A stretch of DNA of 64,000 bases from Candidatus Levyibacteriota bacterium (GCA_018061075.1 JAGOUW010000001.1:12401-76400); one strand, 5' to 3'. Shown: positions 1 through 13,118, counted from the first letter of the stretch. The notes: a model not told the origin generated them from the sequence alone. Translations and numbers: made by a program.

Positions 1-3120
<3,120 letters not shown>

Positions 3121-3436
3121 CTTTATTCTTGCGAATATTGTTAAAGACGCTTACCACATTCAAATAAATGAATGTAGTTTGTCTTGTAAACAACTCCAGT
3201 TAAGGAGCCATATACAAGACGCTTCTCTTCACATGTTAAAGAGCCAAATCATTTGGAAATTAGATCGAGCCTAATAAAATCAAACTTCAATCTAAAGGCC
3301 GCATTTAAAGTGTTTCGTTTCTGGCTAGTGGAGAACTTCCAACTCTAGCCAAGAACCAAACACTTTATACTTATTCTCTTAAAAAAGCTCCCTCTTACTA
3401 GGAAGCTTGTCTAAAAAAACAAGCATTCAAAAAAAG

Positions 3437-3509
3437 TGGACCTGAGGAGACTCGAACTCCCTACCTCCTCATTGCAAATGAGGCGTTCAACCTGCTAAAC
3501 TTCAGGCCC
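3437..3509 (-). tRNA. tRNA-Ala (anticodon UGC)
   Basis: Clean cloverleaf on the reverse complement: GGGCCTGAAGTTTAGCAGG...CCTCATTTGCAATGAGG...GGTTCGAGTCTCCTCAGGTCCA. G3:U70 is present. Anticodon loop TTTGCAA. Position fits the rRNA operon spacer upstream of 23S. CCA is not encoded. Confidence 0.85.
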
Positions 3510-3744
3510 TTATACCTCTGAGAGAATATTCCACAACGAAAAACTTAAATTATTAAACAAATTGAAGCTGAAAAGACAAGAAAACTAAAAGAGGTTGTTT
3601 ACCAAAGAATCGCGCCTGTTAACAACAGGGTTCATCAATATGTAAGTAATTCAACATAAATATCTTTTACGATTTCTCGTCTAGCCTCAGCTAAACTTGT
3701 AAATTGATCTTACCACAAGGCTAGCAAATGTGTCAAGAGTACGA

Positions 3745-4335
3745 TTAACGGGGTTTTGGTGATCTAAGTTTAGCTAACTCGGCTAAATAAGTTTCGTAAT
3801 CTTTTATGTATTCTGGTACTTGCTCAACAGACTCTATCCTTCTGTTTGATTCTAAGGAAACAACCAATGACCTCTCATCTCCAACTGTATCTATATGAGG
3901 ATCGCTTAAACGATAACTCTCTCCGATAAAAACTTCCACTTCTGCATCCGGCTTCATGCTCATATTGAATCGTCCAGTAACAAATTCGCCTTTATCCAAT
4001 ACGGGACGGGAATATCTAGCGCTAATATCTCCAAAATGTGATGCTATTATAAAAAGATCTCTTGGTCTTCCTACTCTCATTGCAGCTGAACTTCCTTTCT
4101 CTCTTCTCATTTCTTTAAATTCTAGAACCATATCTTCTCTTGTAAACCTCAGTAAAAGTGCATCCGGAATTACAAGTTGATCAGGATAAACAAAAGCTAA
4201 TTCAGTAGAAAATGGCCTGGGAACCGCCTTAAGATGCTCAAGTATTTGAGTATCTGTATAGTCCTGTGGAATTTGCCAAGGAATTCTTTGATCACCTACT
4301 CCCGGAGGAGTAGGCCCTTCGTGTGAACCTGCCAT
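3745..4335 (-). CDS. hypothetical protein (196 aa); GC higher than the local average
   Basis: Long ORF with coding-like composition; no recognisable motifs. Lies immediately upstream (in transcription terms) of the tRNA-Ala/23S locus, where a 16S gene would be expected. Confidence 0.45.
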   Translation of the reverse strand: MAGSHEGPTPPGVGDQRIPWQIPQDYTDTQILEHLKAVPRPFSTELAFVYPDQLVIPDALLLRFTREDMVLEFKEMRREKGSSAAMRVGRPRDLFIIASHFGDISARYSRPVLDKGEFVTGRFNMSMKPDAEVEVFIGESYRLSDPHIDTVGDERSLVVSLESNRRIESVEQVPEYIKDYETYLAELAKLRSPKPR

Positions 4336-4428
4336 ACGCGAAAGATTCTAAAACTATATATTAAATATGTCAAATTAGTCACAAAAACTATTGTTAACGC
4401 ATAAATATTCCTGATATACTAAATTCTC

Positions 4429-5688
4429 ATGCTAAAGCACCGCATCGCCAAAAACCCACTCCCTGTTATTTTCTTCACAATTTTCGTCGATCTATTAGGA
4501 TTTGGAATTTTAATTCCTGTTATTCCCCAACTTTTGGCAAATCCTGCATCTGAATATTTTCTTCTCCCAAATGGATGGAGCCTAAACCAGGGCTACATTC
4601 TTTTAGGATTCTTAACAGCTTCTTTTTCTATATTTCAATTCTTGGCAGCTCCAATCCTAGGACAGCTTTCCGATCGGTTTGGTAGAAAACCAGTTCTTGC
4701 AATTTCTCTCTTTGGAACATCCCTTTCATATGTATTATTTGCGATAGGAATTTTAACTAAAAATATTCCCCTACTATTTATATCTCGTGCATTTGATGGA
4801 ATTACCGGAGGAAATATTTCTGTTGCTCAAGCTGCAATTGCAGACGTAACAACACCTGCAAACAGAGCGAAAAACTTCGGATTAATTGGGGCTGCATTCG
4901 GATTAGGTTTTATAATTGGCCCTTATCTTGGAGGAAAATTATCAGATCCGAGTGTGGTTTCCTGGTTTTCAGCAACTACTCCCTTCTGGTTTGCAGCGGT
5001 TCTTTCTTTAGTAAATGTAATCTCAATTCTTTTCTTTTTCCCAGAAACATTAAAAGTTAAAAACACTAAGCTCGTTATAAATTGGAGCAGGTCAGTTCTA
5101 AATATTTATCATGCAGCGATAGACAAAAAACTAAGAACACTTTTCGGAACTGTATTTTTATTCAATGGAGGATTCACATTCTTCACCACTTTCTTTAGTG
5201 TATTTTTAATTACAAAATTTGCCTACACTCAAGGCGATATTGGTGACTTTTTTGCTTACGTCGGACTCTGGGTAGCATTCACCCAAGCAGTTATTGTTAG
5301 AAAACTTTCAGCTAAATTCTCAGAAAAACAATTAATCAGGGCAGGTCTAATAGGAACCGGAATCTCAATCCTCCTCTTTTTCCTTCCTCGTGAGTCATGG
5401 CAATTATTCTTAGTAGTCCCACTAATGGCTATTTCAAATGGAATAAGTTTTGCCAATATAACTGCTCTTATCAGTAAGAGTGCAAGCCCGGAAATCCAAG
5501 GAGAAGTTCTAGGAATTAACTCAAGTGTCGCAGCATTAGCTATGAGTATTCCCCCAATTCTTTCAGGCTACATCGCCGCTTCACTTCACCCAGATGCTCC
5601 AATCTGGATAGCGGGCGGAATACTAATCTTTACAGCCATTTTCTTTTGGACTTTCTTCAAACCCGCTAAAACCCCACTCGATCAATAG
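4429..5688 (+). CDS. MFS transporter (multidrug/tetracycline-efflux-like)
   Basis: Twelve predicted hydrophobic segments. MFS motif A GQLSDRFGRKPV lies between TM2 and TM3. Confidence 0.75.
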   Translation: MLKHRIAKNPLPVIFFTIFVDLLGFGILIPVIPQLLANPASEYFLLPNGWSLNQGYILLGFLTASFSIFQFLAAPILGQLSDRFGRKPVLAISLFGTSLSYVLFAIGILTKNIPLLFISRAFDGITGGNISVAQAAIADVTTPANRAKNFGLIGAAFGLGFIIGPYLGGKLSDPSVVSWFSATTPFWFAAVLSLVNVISILFFFPETLKVKNTKLVINWSRSVLNIYHAAIDKKLRTLFGTVFLFNGGFTFFTTFFSVFLITKFAYTQGDIGDFFAYVGLWVAFTQAVIVRKLSAKFSEKQLIRAGLIGTGISILLFFLPRESWQLFLVVPLMAISNGISFANITALISKSASPEIQGEVLGINSSVAALAMSIPPILSGYIAASLHPDAPIWIAGGILIFTAIFFWTFFKPAKTPLDQ

Positions 5689-6036
5689 CTATCTTCTCCA
5701 ATATGGATTCACACCCCTTGATGGTCTTCCGTCTTCTCCTCTTCCCTTATGAACTAATGGTTCAAAAAGATGAATGGAGACAAATCCTTCACCCTGTGGT
5801 AAAGGCTGAGCGGAAAAACCTTCATTTGAAACATGAAATTTTCGAGTTCCAGCTTCCGTTGTCCTCCCGGGTTTCCCAGCTAAAAGCTCACCGCTCACTA
5901 CAACTGTTCTTTCTCTTGTAGCTGGATTTACACCAGATACATCCAGATTCCAGATCCTACCTTGAGAATCCATGTGCTCTCCATTTGCATCAGCTAAACT
6001 TGCTACTGGTTCTCCTTTTATAAATATAATCGGCAT
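5689..6036 (-). CDS. hypothetical protein (~115 aa); start at internal Met MPIIFIKGE with an AAGGGGGTGA ribosome-binding site
   Basis: A good Shine-Dalgarno lies 7 nt upstream of the internal ATG. The ORF follows the trxB terminator. GC-rich, G/R-rich C-terminus; function unknown. Confidence 0.35.
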   Translation of the reverse strand: MPIIFIKGEPVASLADANGEHMDSQGRIWNLDVSGVNPATRERTVVVSGELLAGKPGRTTEAGTRKFHVSNEGFSAQPLPQGEGFVSIHLFEPLVHKGRGEDGRPSRGVNPYWRR

Positions 6037-6057
6037 ATCATAATCACCCCCTTTCAA

Positions 6058-6086
6058 ACCACAAAAAAACCTCCCGGAGGAGGCTT
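6058..6086 (-). terminator. Rho-independent terminator downstream of trxB
   Basis: Minus-strand CCUCC-CGGA-GGAGG hairpin followed by a U-run (plus strand shows aaaaaaacctcccggaggaggctt). Confidence 0.5.
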
Positions 6087-6215
6087 AAAGTGGTTTTATA
6101 AATTGATTTTACATTACAAAACTACCAACCTCCGTAGAGAGGTTACACATACATGACATGCCTGAGGTAGTTTTTCTAAACATATTTGGAATATACAATA
6201 TCAAACTTATTCGAG

Positions 6216-7139
6216 TCAACTGCTATTTTTATCTCTTAGCCACCATTCTGCTTCTAAGGCTGCAGCGGCACCGTATCCTGCTGCTGTAATTGCCTGTTTA
6301 TACTTCGCGTCATGAACATCTCCAGCCACAAAAACACCATCTACATTTGTCTTATAATGATCTGAGACTTTTATAAAACCGCGTTCATCCCTGTCTATTC
6401 CTTCAAAAACTTTTGAATTTGGGATGTGGCCTATCGCTACAAAAACTCCATGTATTGGCATTTCTGTAATTTCATTTGTTTTATTATTAAGCATACTCAC
6501 CTTTTCTACCACCTGATCACCCAAAATTTCTTTAATCTGAGTATTTAAAACTATTTTTATTTTGGGGTTTTCTTTTACTCTTTTTTGCATAATCTCACTG
6601 GCTCTAAAGCTATCTCCTCTATGCACTAAAGTCACGCTTGCAGCATACTCTGTTAAAACTAAAGCTTCCTCCATAGCAGAGTCTCCGCCTCCAACTACAA
6701 TCACATTTTTATTCCTGAAAAAAGGTCCATCGCATGGTGCACAGGTAGAAACACCCCGTCCAATCTTTTCCATTTCTCCTGGAACACCCAGCCACTTAGT
6801 GTCAGCTCCAGTTGCAATCACTACAGTCTTTCCTTCAAATTCCTCTTCTCCCGCTTTTATCTTAAAAGGTCCACCTGGAGTCGTAAAATCTCCGGAAACA
6901 AATTCCTTTTCGACAATTTCTGTACCAAACTTCTCAGATTGCTTTCTCATCGCAGTCATAAGCTCTGGCCCCTGAATTCCTTGCGGAAAACCTGGAAAAT
7001 TCTCTACAAGTGTCGTTAGCTGAAGCTGGCCTCCCCACTTTGGACCTGCAATGATAAGAGTTTTTAGATTCGCGCGAGTTGTATAAATTGAAGCTGTTAA
7101 ACCAGCTGGCCCTGAACCAATTATTATTACGTCAAACAT
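6216..7139 (-). CDS. trxB: thioredoxin-disulfide reductase
   Basis: GSGPAG FAD-binding motif at the N-terminus. CAPC redox-active disulfide (CAPCDG). NADPH-binding GGGDSA. 307 aa. Confidence 0.9.
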   Translation of the reverse strand: MFDVIIIGSGPAGLTASIYTTRANLKTLIIAGPKWGGQLQLTTLVENFPGFPQGIQGPELMTAMRKQSEKFGTEIVEKEFVSGDFTTPGGPFKIKAGEEEFEGKTVVIATGADTKWLGVPGEMEKIGRGVSTCAPCDGPFFRNKNVIVVGGGDSAMEEALVLTEYAASVTLVHRGDSFRASEIMQKRVKENPKIKIVLNTQIKEILGDQVVEKVSMLNNKTNEITEMPIHGVFVAIGHIPNSKVFEGIDRDERGFIKVSDHYKTNVDGVFVAGDVHDAKYKQAITAAGYGAAAALEAEWWLRDKNSS

Positions 7140-7148
7140 ATTAGAGGA

Positions 7149-7475
7149 TTAAGAAGCTAGAACTTCGTCAATCGCTTTCTTAAAGTTTTCCTTTGACTGT
7201 GCCCCTACTACAGAATTAACCGGCTTTCCGTTTTTAAATAACATGACGGTTGGGATACTCATCACGTGATAATTTCCAGATGCATCAGGATTCTCATCTA
7301 CATTAAGTTTTCCAATTTTCACACGTCCAGCGTATTCTTCTGCAAGCTCTTCAATGATTGGAGTCGTGATCTTACATGGAGTACACCATTCTGCCCAAAA
7401 ATCTACGACAACTGGCAATTCGGATTTAAGTACATCTGCTTCAAAATTCTGATCTGTAAAAGTTAAATCTGCCAT
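7149..7475 (-). CDS. trxA: thioredoxin
   Basis: 108 aa with a WAEWCTPCK active site (WCxPC thioredoxin fold). Confidence 0.9.
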   Translation of the reverse strand: MADLTFTDQNFEADVLKSELPVVVDFWAEWCTPCKITTPIIEELAEEYAGRVKIGKLNVDENPDASGNYHVMSIPTVMLFKNGKPVNSVVGAQSKENFKKAIDEVLAS

Positions 7476-7579
7476 AAAGGTTTATAAAGAATAACAGAAG
7501 ATTATTATTTATGTCAACGATATCTTAATAGTTAAAAATCATCTTGACACACTAAGCTAATCTTTATTAGAATGAACAA

Positions 7580-8359
7580 ATGCCACGACGCGTGAAATCC
7601 ACAACTTCAGAAGCAAAAAGATCAAATCCTGTTAGCTCCCTACTCTCTAAGATTTTAAAAATTAATATTGTATATATACTTGGATTTCTACTTCTAGTAG
7701 CCTCTTTCTTAATTGGAGTTTTAATTACTAAAGTTTCTTATCTAGAAGGAAATGGCGGAACTGCAGTTACAGAACCAACTGACGATACTGGACCAGTTGA
7801 GATTACAGGACCAGTGGACGTTAGCGAAGGACATCTTCCAGTTCTAGGAAATAAAGATGCAAAAGTAACTATTATAGAATTTTCAGATTTTCAGTGCCCA
7901 TTCTGTAAAACACTTTTTGATGAATCACTTGCTCAAATAAAGAAAGATTATGTGGATACTGGGAAAGCTAAATTCGCATATCGCCACTATCCTCTGACTT
8001 CAATTCACCCAAATGCTCAAAAAACAGCTGAAGCTACAGAATGTGCAAATGAACAGGGAAAATTCTGGGAATATCACGATCAATTATTTACATATCAAGC
8101 AGATTGGGAAACGCTAACAGGAGAAGCGCTTGATTCCAAACTAAATGAGTATGCCGTAGCAGTCGGTATCGATGGAACAGAATTATTAGAATGTGTAACT
8201 TCAAATAAATTTGCTGATAAAGTAGGAGAAGATATTTCTGCAGGAAATGAAATAGGAGTAGATGGAACTCCAGCGACATTCATTAATGGAATAAAAATCT
8301 CAGGTGCAGTTCCCTACGAAGAATTTAAAGCAGAAATTGAAAGAGCCCTCGAAGAATAA
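7580..8359 (+). CDS. DsbA-family thiol:disulfide oxidoreductase, membrane-anchored
   Basis: N-terminal TM helix followed by a DsbA-like domain with a CPFC active site (FSDFQCPFCK). Confidence 0.75.
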   Translation: MPRRVKSTTSEAKRSNPVSSLLSKILKINIVYILGFLLLVASFLIGVLITKVSYLEGNGGTAVTEPTDDTGPVEITGPVDVSEGHLPVLGNKDAKVTIIEFSDFQCPFCKTLFDESLAQIKKDYVDTGKAKFAYRHYPLTSIHPNAQKTAEATECANEQGKFWEYHDQLFTYQADWETLTGEALDSKLNEYAVAVGIDGTELLECVTSNKFADKVGEDISAGNEIGVDGTPATFINGIKISGAVPYEEFKAEIERALEE

Positions 8360-8360
8360 A

Positions 8361-9143
8361 TTAGTGTCCGTGTGGAAGATAAGTAATAGTTAACCAAATA
8401 ACTGAGACTCCAAGAATAAAGAAGATAGACTCCTTAAATGCATAACCCTCCTTCTCTTCTCCATGAATCTCAGGTAGTAAATTTGTTAATGCAATGTAAA
8501 TGAAGAATCCTGCGGTAATCGATAACGCATAAGGAAGAATTCCCTCAATTGATTCTCCAACAATTAGAGCTAAACCAGCTCCAACAACCGCTAGAAGTGC
8601 GCTTAGAATATTTATGAAAAGTACCTTCTTTTTAGTCATCCCTTCATGAAGCAAGATTGCAAAATCACCTATTTCCTGAGGAAGTTCGTGCGCGATCACG
8701 GCAAATGTCGTAGCAATTCCTGATGCAGGATTTATCAAGAAAGTAATTGCAATTGCAACTCCATCAATAAAATTATGAACGCTATCACCAAAAATCACTA
8801 AAGGAATATTTACCGTCCCATGCTTTCCCGTTTTTTTATTTTGATGATGTGAATACCAATGAATTCCCCTATCTAATAAGTAAAAGAAAAATATACCAGC
8901 CAAAGTCCATAAGAAGACATTTATTTCAACTCCGCTTAGCTCTTTTACCTCTTCCGCATGTTCAATTGCTTCAGGAAGAAGCTCGAAAAACGCATTTCCT
9001 AGAAGTGCACCGGCAGCAAAAGAAACAAGAACATGAGAAATATTTTTAAGTGATTTATTCCACAGAAGAAGAAGTACTCCTCCCGCAAGAGCCCCTATAC
9101 TTCCAATAAATGCTGATATAAAAATTGATTCTATTCCTGACAT
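8361..9143 (-). CDS. zupT: ZIP-family zinc/metal transporter (ZupT-like)
   Basis: Polytopic membrane protein with HNFIDGVAIA and HELPQEIGDFAILL signature helices carrying metal-binding His/Glu/Asp. Confidence 0.8.
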   Translation of the reverse strand: MSGIESIFISAFIGSIGALAGGVLLLLWNKSLKNISHVLVSFAAGALLGNAFFELLPEAIEHAEEVKELSGVEINVFLWTLAGIFFFYLLDRGIHWYSHHQNKKTGKHGTVNIPLVIFGDSVHNFIDGVAIAITFLINPASGIATTFAVIAHELPQEIGDFAILLHEGMTKKKVLFINILSALLAVVGAGLALIVGESIEGILPYALSITAGFFIYIALTNLLPEIHGEEKEGYAFKESIFFILGVSVIWLTITYLPHGH

Positions 9144-9158
9144 ATTACTTATAATAAA

Positions 9159-9569
9159 TTAAACTTGACATGAACGGCATACTCCAAAAAATTCTAATGA
9201 ATGCGATTTAATCAAAAAGCCATTTTTTGTTTTAATTCCTTCCTCAATCTTTTCTACAAAATTCCCCTCAACATCCTCTATTCTTCCACAATTTTGGCAA
9301 ATTAAATGATGATGATGGGTTTTAGGCAGCTCATATCTATACTTCCCTTCGCCAAACTCCAAGCGCGAAATCAAACCTTTTTGAGTTAAAACGTCAAGAA
9401 CTCTATAGACAGTAGCTTGATCCATCTCAACTCCGCTTGATCTTAAACTCTCGGCAATAGAAAAAACGTCTAAGGGATTTTTCTCTCTATCAAGTAAATT
9501 AAGTAAAGCAATTCGAGCCTCTGTGCTTTTCAAACCTGATTCTTGTAATAATTGTTTTTGTGCTTTCAT
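9159..9569 (-). CDS. zur: Fur-family transcriptional regulator, likely Zur (start at internal Met MKAQKQ)
   Basis: Winged-helix N-terminus, HHHH plus CxxC...CxxC (HHHHLICQNCG...CRSC) metal sites. Sits immediately upstream of and co-oriented with zupT. AAGGGG ribosome-binding site before the internal ATG. Confidence 0.75.
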   Translation of the reverse strand: MKAQKQLLQESGLKSTEARIALLNLLDREKNPLDVFSIAESLRSSGVEMDQATVYRVLDVLTQKGLISRLEFGEGKYRYELPKTHHHHLICQNCGRIEDVEGNFVEKIEEGIKTKNGFLIKSHSLEFFGVCRSCQV

Positions 9570-9662
9570 ATAAACATCAAATAACCCCTTGTACTTTGAG
9601 GTTACTTGATTGTGTAAAGTGTAGAATTTCAAGATCAACACTGTAAGTTATTGCAACTTACT

Positions 9663-9698
9663 TGCAACAAGTATATGCGAGCTATTCGCATTTGTCAA
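9663..9698 (-). promoter_or_regulatory. sigma70-like promoter (TTGACA-17-TATACT) with palindrome ATGCGA-N5-TCGCAT in the spacer; candidate Zur operator
   Basis: The minus strand reads TTGACAaatgcgaatagctcgcaTATACT. The inverted repeat sits exactly between -35 and -10. A TTGCAAC direct repeat lies in the leader. Confidence 0.4.
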
Positions 9699-9828
9699 GG
9701 AGGAGATCTTCAAATCTCCGACGAAGACCCGCCAATAATCGCACCGTGAGCCGCGCTACGAATAGTAGGTAAGGCGAACGGCAAGATATGGCTGGGTCAA
9801 TAGATTAAAAGTCTTCTGGTATAATTAA

Positions 9829-10941
9829 GTGGTGAAAAAACTTATATTTTTACTTGGATTTATTTTATATTTCATATTTATAAACCATGCCTCCGCTCAA
9901 TCCCCTTCCACCGAATTTGTCCCTCCAAAGCAGGAATATTTTAAAGGAGAGGTCACAAAAATAATTAAAAGTGGCACTCGAGATATTCAGAATTATAAAA
10001 ACTTCTTTCAATTTGTAGAGGTAAAAATTACAGAAGGGCCTGAGAAAGGAAAAGTTGTTGCTTTAGAAAATAGCGGCTCAATTAAAACAGCTGAGCAAAA
10101 ATCTTTAGAAAAAGGAGATAAAATAATAGTCTTAAAAGTCACAAATCAAGGCAATGTTTCATATTCAGTATGGGACAAATACAGGCTAAATTATATTTAT
10201 TTTGTAATAATTGGCTTCTTTGCAATAATTTTAATTTTCTCAGGAATTAAAGGTTTAGGTTCAATTCTGGGCATGATTATCAGCTTTACAGTTCTCTTAG
10301 GCTTTATAGTTCCGCAAATATTAAAAGGTCACGATCCACTCCTAATAAGTGTCATTGGAAGTATAGTAATTATGCTGACCACAATATTCCTAGCCCATGG
10401 AGTAAGCAAAAAAACTGCAAGCGCTGTACTCTCTACTCTCATCTCACTAACAATAACTGGAATTCTAGGCTTTTTATTTGTTAAAGGATTCCACCTCACA
10501 GGACTTGGTGACGAAAATAATGTTTTTCTTCAGATCGGAAACCTACAAATAAACTCACAAGGACTTCTCCTTGGAGGAATAATTATTGGAGCTTTGGGAG
10601 TACTGGATGATGTTACAACAGCCCAATCAGCTGCGATTTTTGAGCTTCATAAATTAGACAAAAAACTCTCTATTACTGATCTATTTTCTAAAGGCTACAA
10701 CATTGGCCGAGAACATATAGCTTCAGTCGTTAATACTCTTATCTTAGCTTATGCTGGTGCGTCACTTGGGTTATTTGTAATGTTTGTATTTAATCCTACA
10801 AATACTCCCCTATGGGTAATGCTAAATACAGATATGATTGCTGAAGAAATAGTTAGAGCAGTTGCAGGAAGTATTGGATTAATATTGGCAGTACCAATAA
10901 CCACAATTATTGCTTCTTATGTTGCAAAAAGGTCTACTTAA
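9829..10941 (+). CDS. YibE/F-like polytopic membrane protein
   Basis: Signal/TM segment, an extracytoplasmic domain of about 100 aa, then 7-8 TM helices rich in Gly/Ile. 370 aa. Confidence 0.4.
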   Translation: MVKKLIFLLGFILYFIFINHASAQSPSTEFVPPKQEYFKGEVTKIIKSGTRDIQNYKNFFQFVEVKITEGPEKGKVVALENSGSIKTAEQKSLEKGDKIIVLKVTNQGNVSYSVWDKYRLNYIYFVIIGFFAIILIFSGIKGLGSILGMIISFTVLLGFIVPQILKGHDPLLISVIGSIVIMLTTIFLAHGVSKKTASAVLSTLISLTITGILGFLFVKGFHLTGLGDENNVFLQIGNLQINSQGLLLGGIIIGALGVLDDVTTAQSAAIFELHKLDKKLSITDLFSKGYNIGREHIASVVNTLILAYAGASLGLFVMFVFNPTNTPLWVMLNTDMIAEEIVRAVAGSIGLILAVPITTIIASYVAKRST

Positions 10942-11197
10942 TTATTTCGAAAGTTTCGAATTCTTGATCCGGCATATGTTCAATTTCTAGGTCTTTAACC
11001 TGAGCTAAAAATGGACCTTTTCTGCAGTAATCTATCAATAATTCAAGATTTTCCGCGCTTCCCAGTAACATTGCCTCTACTCTTCTGTCAGGTAAGTTTT
11101 TTACCCAACCTTTCACATTTAGCTTATTTGCTTTTGATTTAACAAACTGCCTAAATCCTACTCCCTGAACAGAACCCGAAATAAAAACATGAATCAT
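10934..11197 (-). CDS. acyP: acylphosphatase
   Basis: VQGVGFR and GWVKNLPDRRVE acylphosphatase signatures. Probable start at MIHVFISG. Confidence 0.75.
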   Translation of the reverse strand: MIHVFISGSVQGVGFRQFVKSKANKLNVKGWVKNLPDRRVEAMLLGSAENLELLIDYCRKGPFLAQVKDLEIEHMPDQEFETFEIIK

Positions 11198-11207
11198 CGA
11201 AGTTATT

Positions 11208-11744
11208 CTAGAAAAACGAACCAGCGTAAGCAAGGAGTAGATTTCTCAAAAATCTTCCTATTAAAACATATGTGAAAAACTTAATTGGAGAATAAGAAAA
11301 GATTCCTGCGAAAATTCCTACAGCATCAAATAATGGATTTGGAATAAAGGAAAATACGATTATAAATAACGCTCCAAACCTGTGGAATGTTTGTTTAAAA
11401 AACTTATACCAAAACGATGATTTCTTTAAGAAAATTTCTTTTCCAGAATGCCCCAACAGAAAACCCACCATGTCCCCTATTGCGGATCCAAGTGCTGCTA
11501 CGATTGCGACAAAAAAAGGATTATATAAAAATCCTCCAGCAACTACGGAAGCAATAGCAGGAGCTGGAAGAAAAAGAGTTGCTGAGCCTATGATATTTAC
11601 TAGAAAAATCCCCAGAAGCCCCAATGAAGAAAAATGAGAAAGCTCATCGCGGAAATAAAAAGAAACTCCAATTAAAGCTAGAGACACTAAAAGCATTATT
11701 AGATAATCTAACTTTAAATGTTGGGGACCTTTATTTTTTGCCAC
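11208..11744 (-). CDS. DedA/VTT (SNARE-associated) family membrane protein
   Basis: Small membrane protein with the VTT-like core LFLPAPAIASVVAGGFLYNPF...GSAIGDMVGFLLG. Confidence 0.55.
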   Translation of the reverse strand: MAKNKGPQHLKLDYLIMLLVSLALIGVSFYFRDELSHFSSLGLLGIFLVNIIGSATLFLPAPAIASVVAGGFLYNPFFVAIVAALGSAIGDMVGFLLGHSGKEIFLKKSSFWYKFFKQTFHRFGALFIIVFSFIPNPLFDAVGIFAGIFSYSPIKFFTYVLIGRFLRNLLLAYAGSFF

Positions 11745-11777
11745 TAAAATTATTGTAGAGGATTTAATTTTAAAATA

Positions 11778-12062
11778 TCAAACCTTGGGAGTTTCATCAG
11801 ATTTTTTAACAGCTTCTTTTAGTTCCTTTAGCTTCCACATAAATAAAGCTCCTCTATTCTTTGCGCTACTATCAACGGCAAACGTAAAAGCTTTTTCCAG
11901 AAGTGGACGGGGATGAGTTTTAGCAAGCTTTATAAATAAGCCTCTATGCTTATAATCATCTAATTCTTCAGCCAGATGCATGCCATATGATTGAAATTCA
12001 CGCGAGATATGCTTATCAACTTTAGGATCATATTTCTCTAATATTGAGCCAATCTTCTTCAT
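11778..12062 (-). CDS. hypothetical protein (94 aa)
   Basis: ORF co-oriented with pth and overlapping it by 4 nt. Confidence 0.4.
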   Translation of the reverse strand: MKKIGSILEKYDPKVDKHISREFQSYGMHLAEELDDYKHRGLFIKLAKTHPRPLLEKAFTFAVDSSAKNRGALFMWKLKELKEAVKKSDETPKV

Positions 12063-12673
12063 TTCGTATTAAATTGGTTTTGGGCGGATTCAAGACCCTT
12101 TTCTAGGGCTGTAATAAGAGCTTTGGAGCCTTTTTTTATCATAGTGCGCGCCTTTGATGCTTCTCCCCCGCGAAATCCATCAAGAACATATTCTGGGCCA
12201 TTTATGTGCTGTTTATCCATTCCGTCTTTATTTTTAGCTAGTCCTATTCCCATTCTAAATCTCCAAAATTTATCATTTTTTATATTTTCAAGAATCGAAT
12301 CGAGTCCATGATGCCCCGCAGTTCCCCCACCAAATCTTATTTTTAAAAACCCTAAAGGTAAATCCAATTCATCATGCACTACCCAAATATCAATCGGCTT
12401 AATCTTGTAATATTTAGCAATTAATCCTACAGCCATGCCTGAATTGTTCATGTAAGTTAAGGGCTTTGCGAGAATCACTTTTTCCATTTCTCCATGCTTT
12501 GGCTGGTAATCTAAAATAAAGATCTCGCTTTTTAATTTATTTTCTGTAGTCCAATTGGATTTATTTACAGGTTCTAAATCTTTGAGAAGATGGTCTAAGA
12601 CCATAAAGCCTACATTGTGGCGAGTGGATTCATATTTGCTGCCTGGATTGCCTAAGCCTACAATCAATTTCAT
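12059..12673 (-). CDS. pth: peptidyl-tRNA hydrolase
   Basis: N-terminus MKLIVGLGNPGSKYESTRHNVGF matches the Pth signature. Confidence 0.9.
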   Translation of the reverse strand: MKLIVGLGNPGSKYESTRHNVGFMVLDHLLKDLEPVNKSNWTTENKLKSEIFILDYQPKHGEMEKVILAKPLTYMNNSGMAVGLIAKYYKIKPIDIWVVHDELDLPLGFLKIRFGGGTAGHHGLDSILENIKNDKFWRFRMGIGLAKNKDGMDKQHINGPEYVLDGFRGGEASKARTMIKKGSKALITALEKGLESAQNQFNTK

Positions 12674-12698
12674 TAAGTATGACTAATTATACCACGTG

Positions 12699-13118
12699 TT
12701 ATCTATAGCGATTTTTGACCTGGAAAAGCGGGTAAAGAATAAGAAATCCTAGTATGACTGACGGGTTAAATGAAACAGCCGCTGCTATTATCCAAAGAAT
12801 CTGACTCCAGAAAAGAAGTCTCCAGCCCTTTTGTTGACCAGCCTTCAACGGCGGGTATGCAAAAATCATAATTATTCCCTGTGCGATTCCCAAAACACTT
12901 CTAATTAAAAGCTGTTGAATTATTTGAGGTCCACCTAGGGTAAATGAGCTTATTACAGCTGAGCCTAGAAAATCCATAACTGATGCGATAGTTATGAGCA
13001 AACCGAAAACAATTGTGAAGAAAGGAATAATTCTTACGATAAAAGCTTTAAGTTCTGGACTTAACGAAGGTAATTTGGAGTATACTTTTTCAAACAAACC
13101 GATAATATCAATTTTCAC
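12699..13118 (-). CDS. hypothetical membrane protein (139 aa, 4 TM)
   Basis: Hydrophobic ORF; no motif recognised. Confidence 0.45.
   Translation of the reverse strand: MKIDIIGLFEKVYSKLPSLSPELKAFIVRIIPFFTIVFGLLITIASVMDFLGSAVISSFTLGGPQIIQQLLIRSVLGIAQGIIMIFAYPPLKAGQQKGWRLLFWSQILWIIAAAVSFNPSVILGFLILYPLFQVKNRYR

Noticed and set aside
3510-3745. Search for a second spacer tRNA (Ile-GAU) or the start of 16S upstream of tRNA-Ala.
   Set aside because: No cloverleaf or 16S 3'-end (anti-Shine-Dalgarno CCUCC) signature is present. The sequence is AT-rich spacer.
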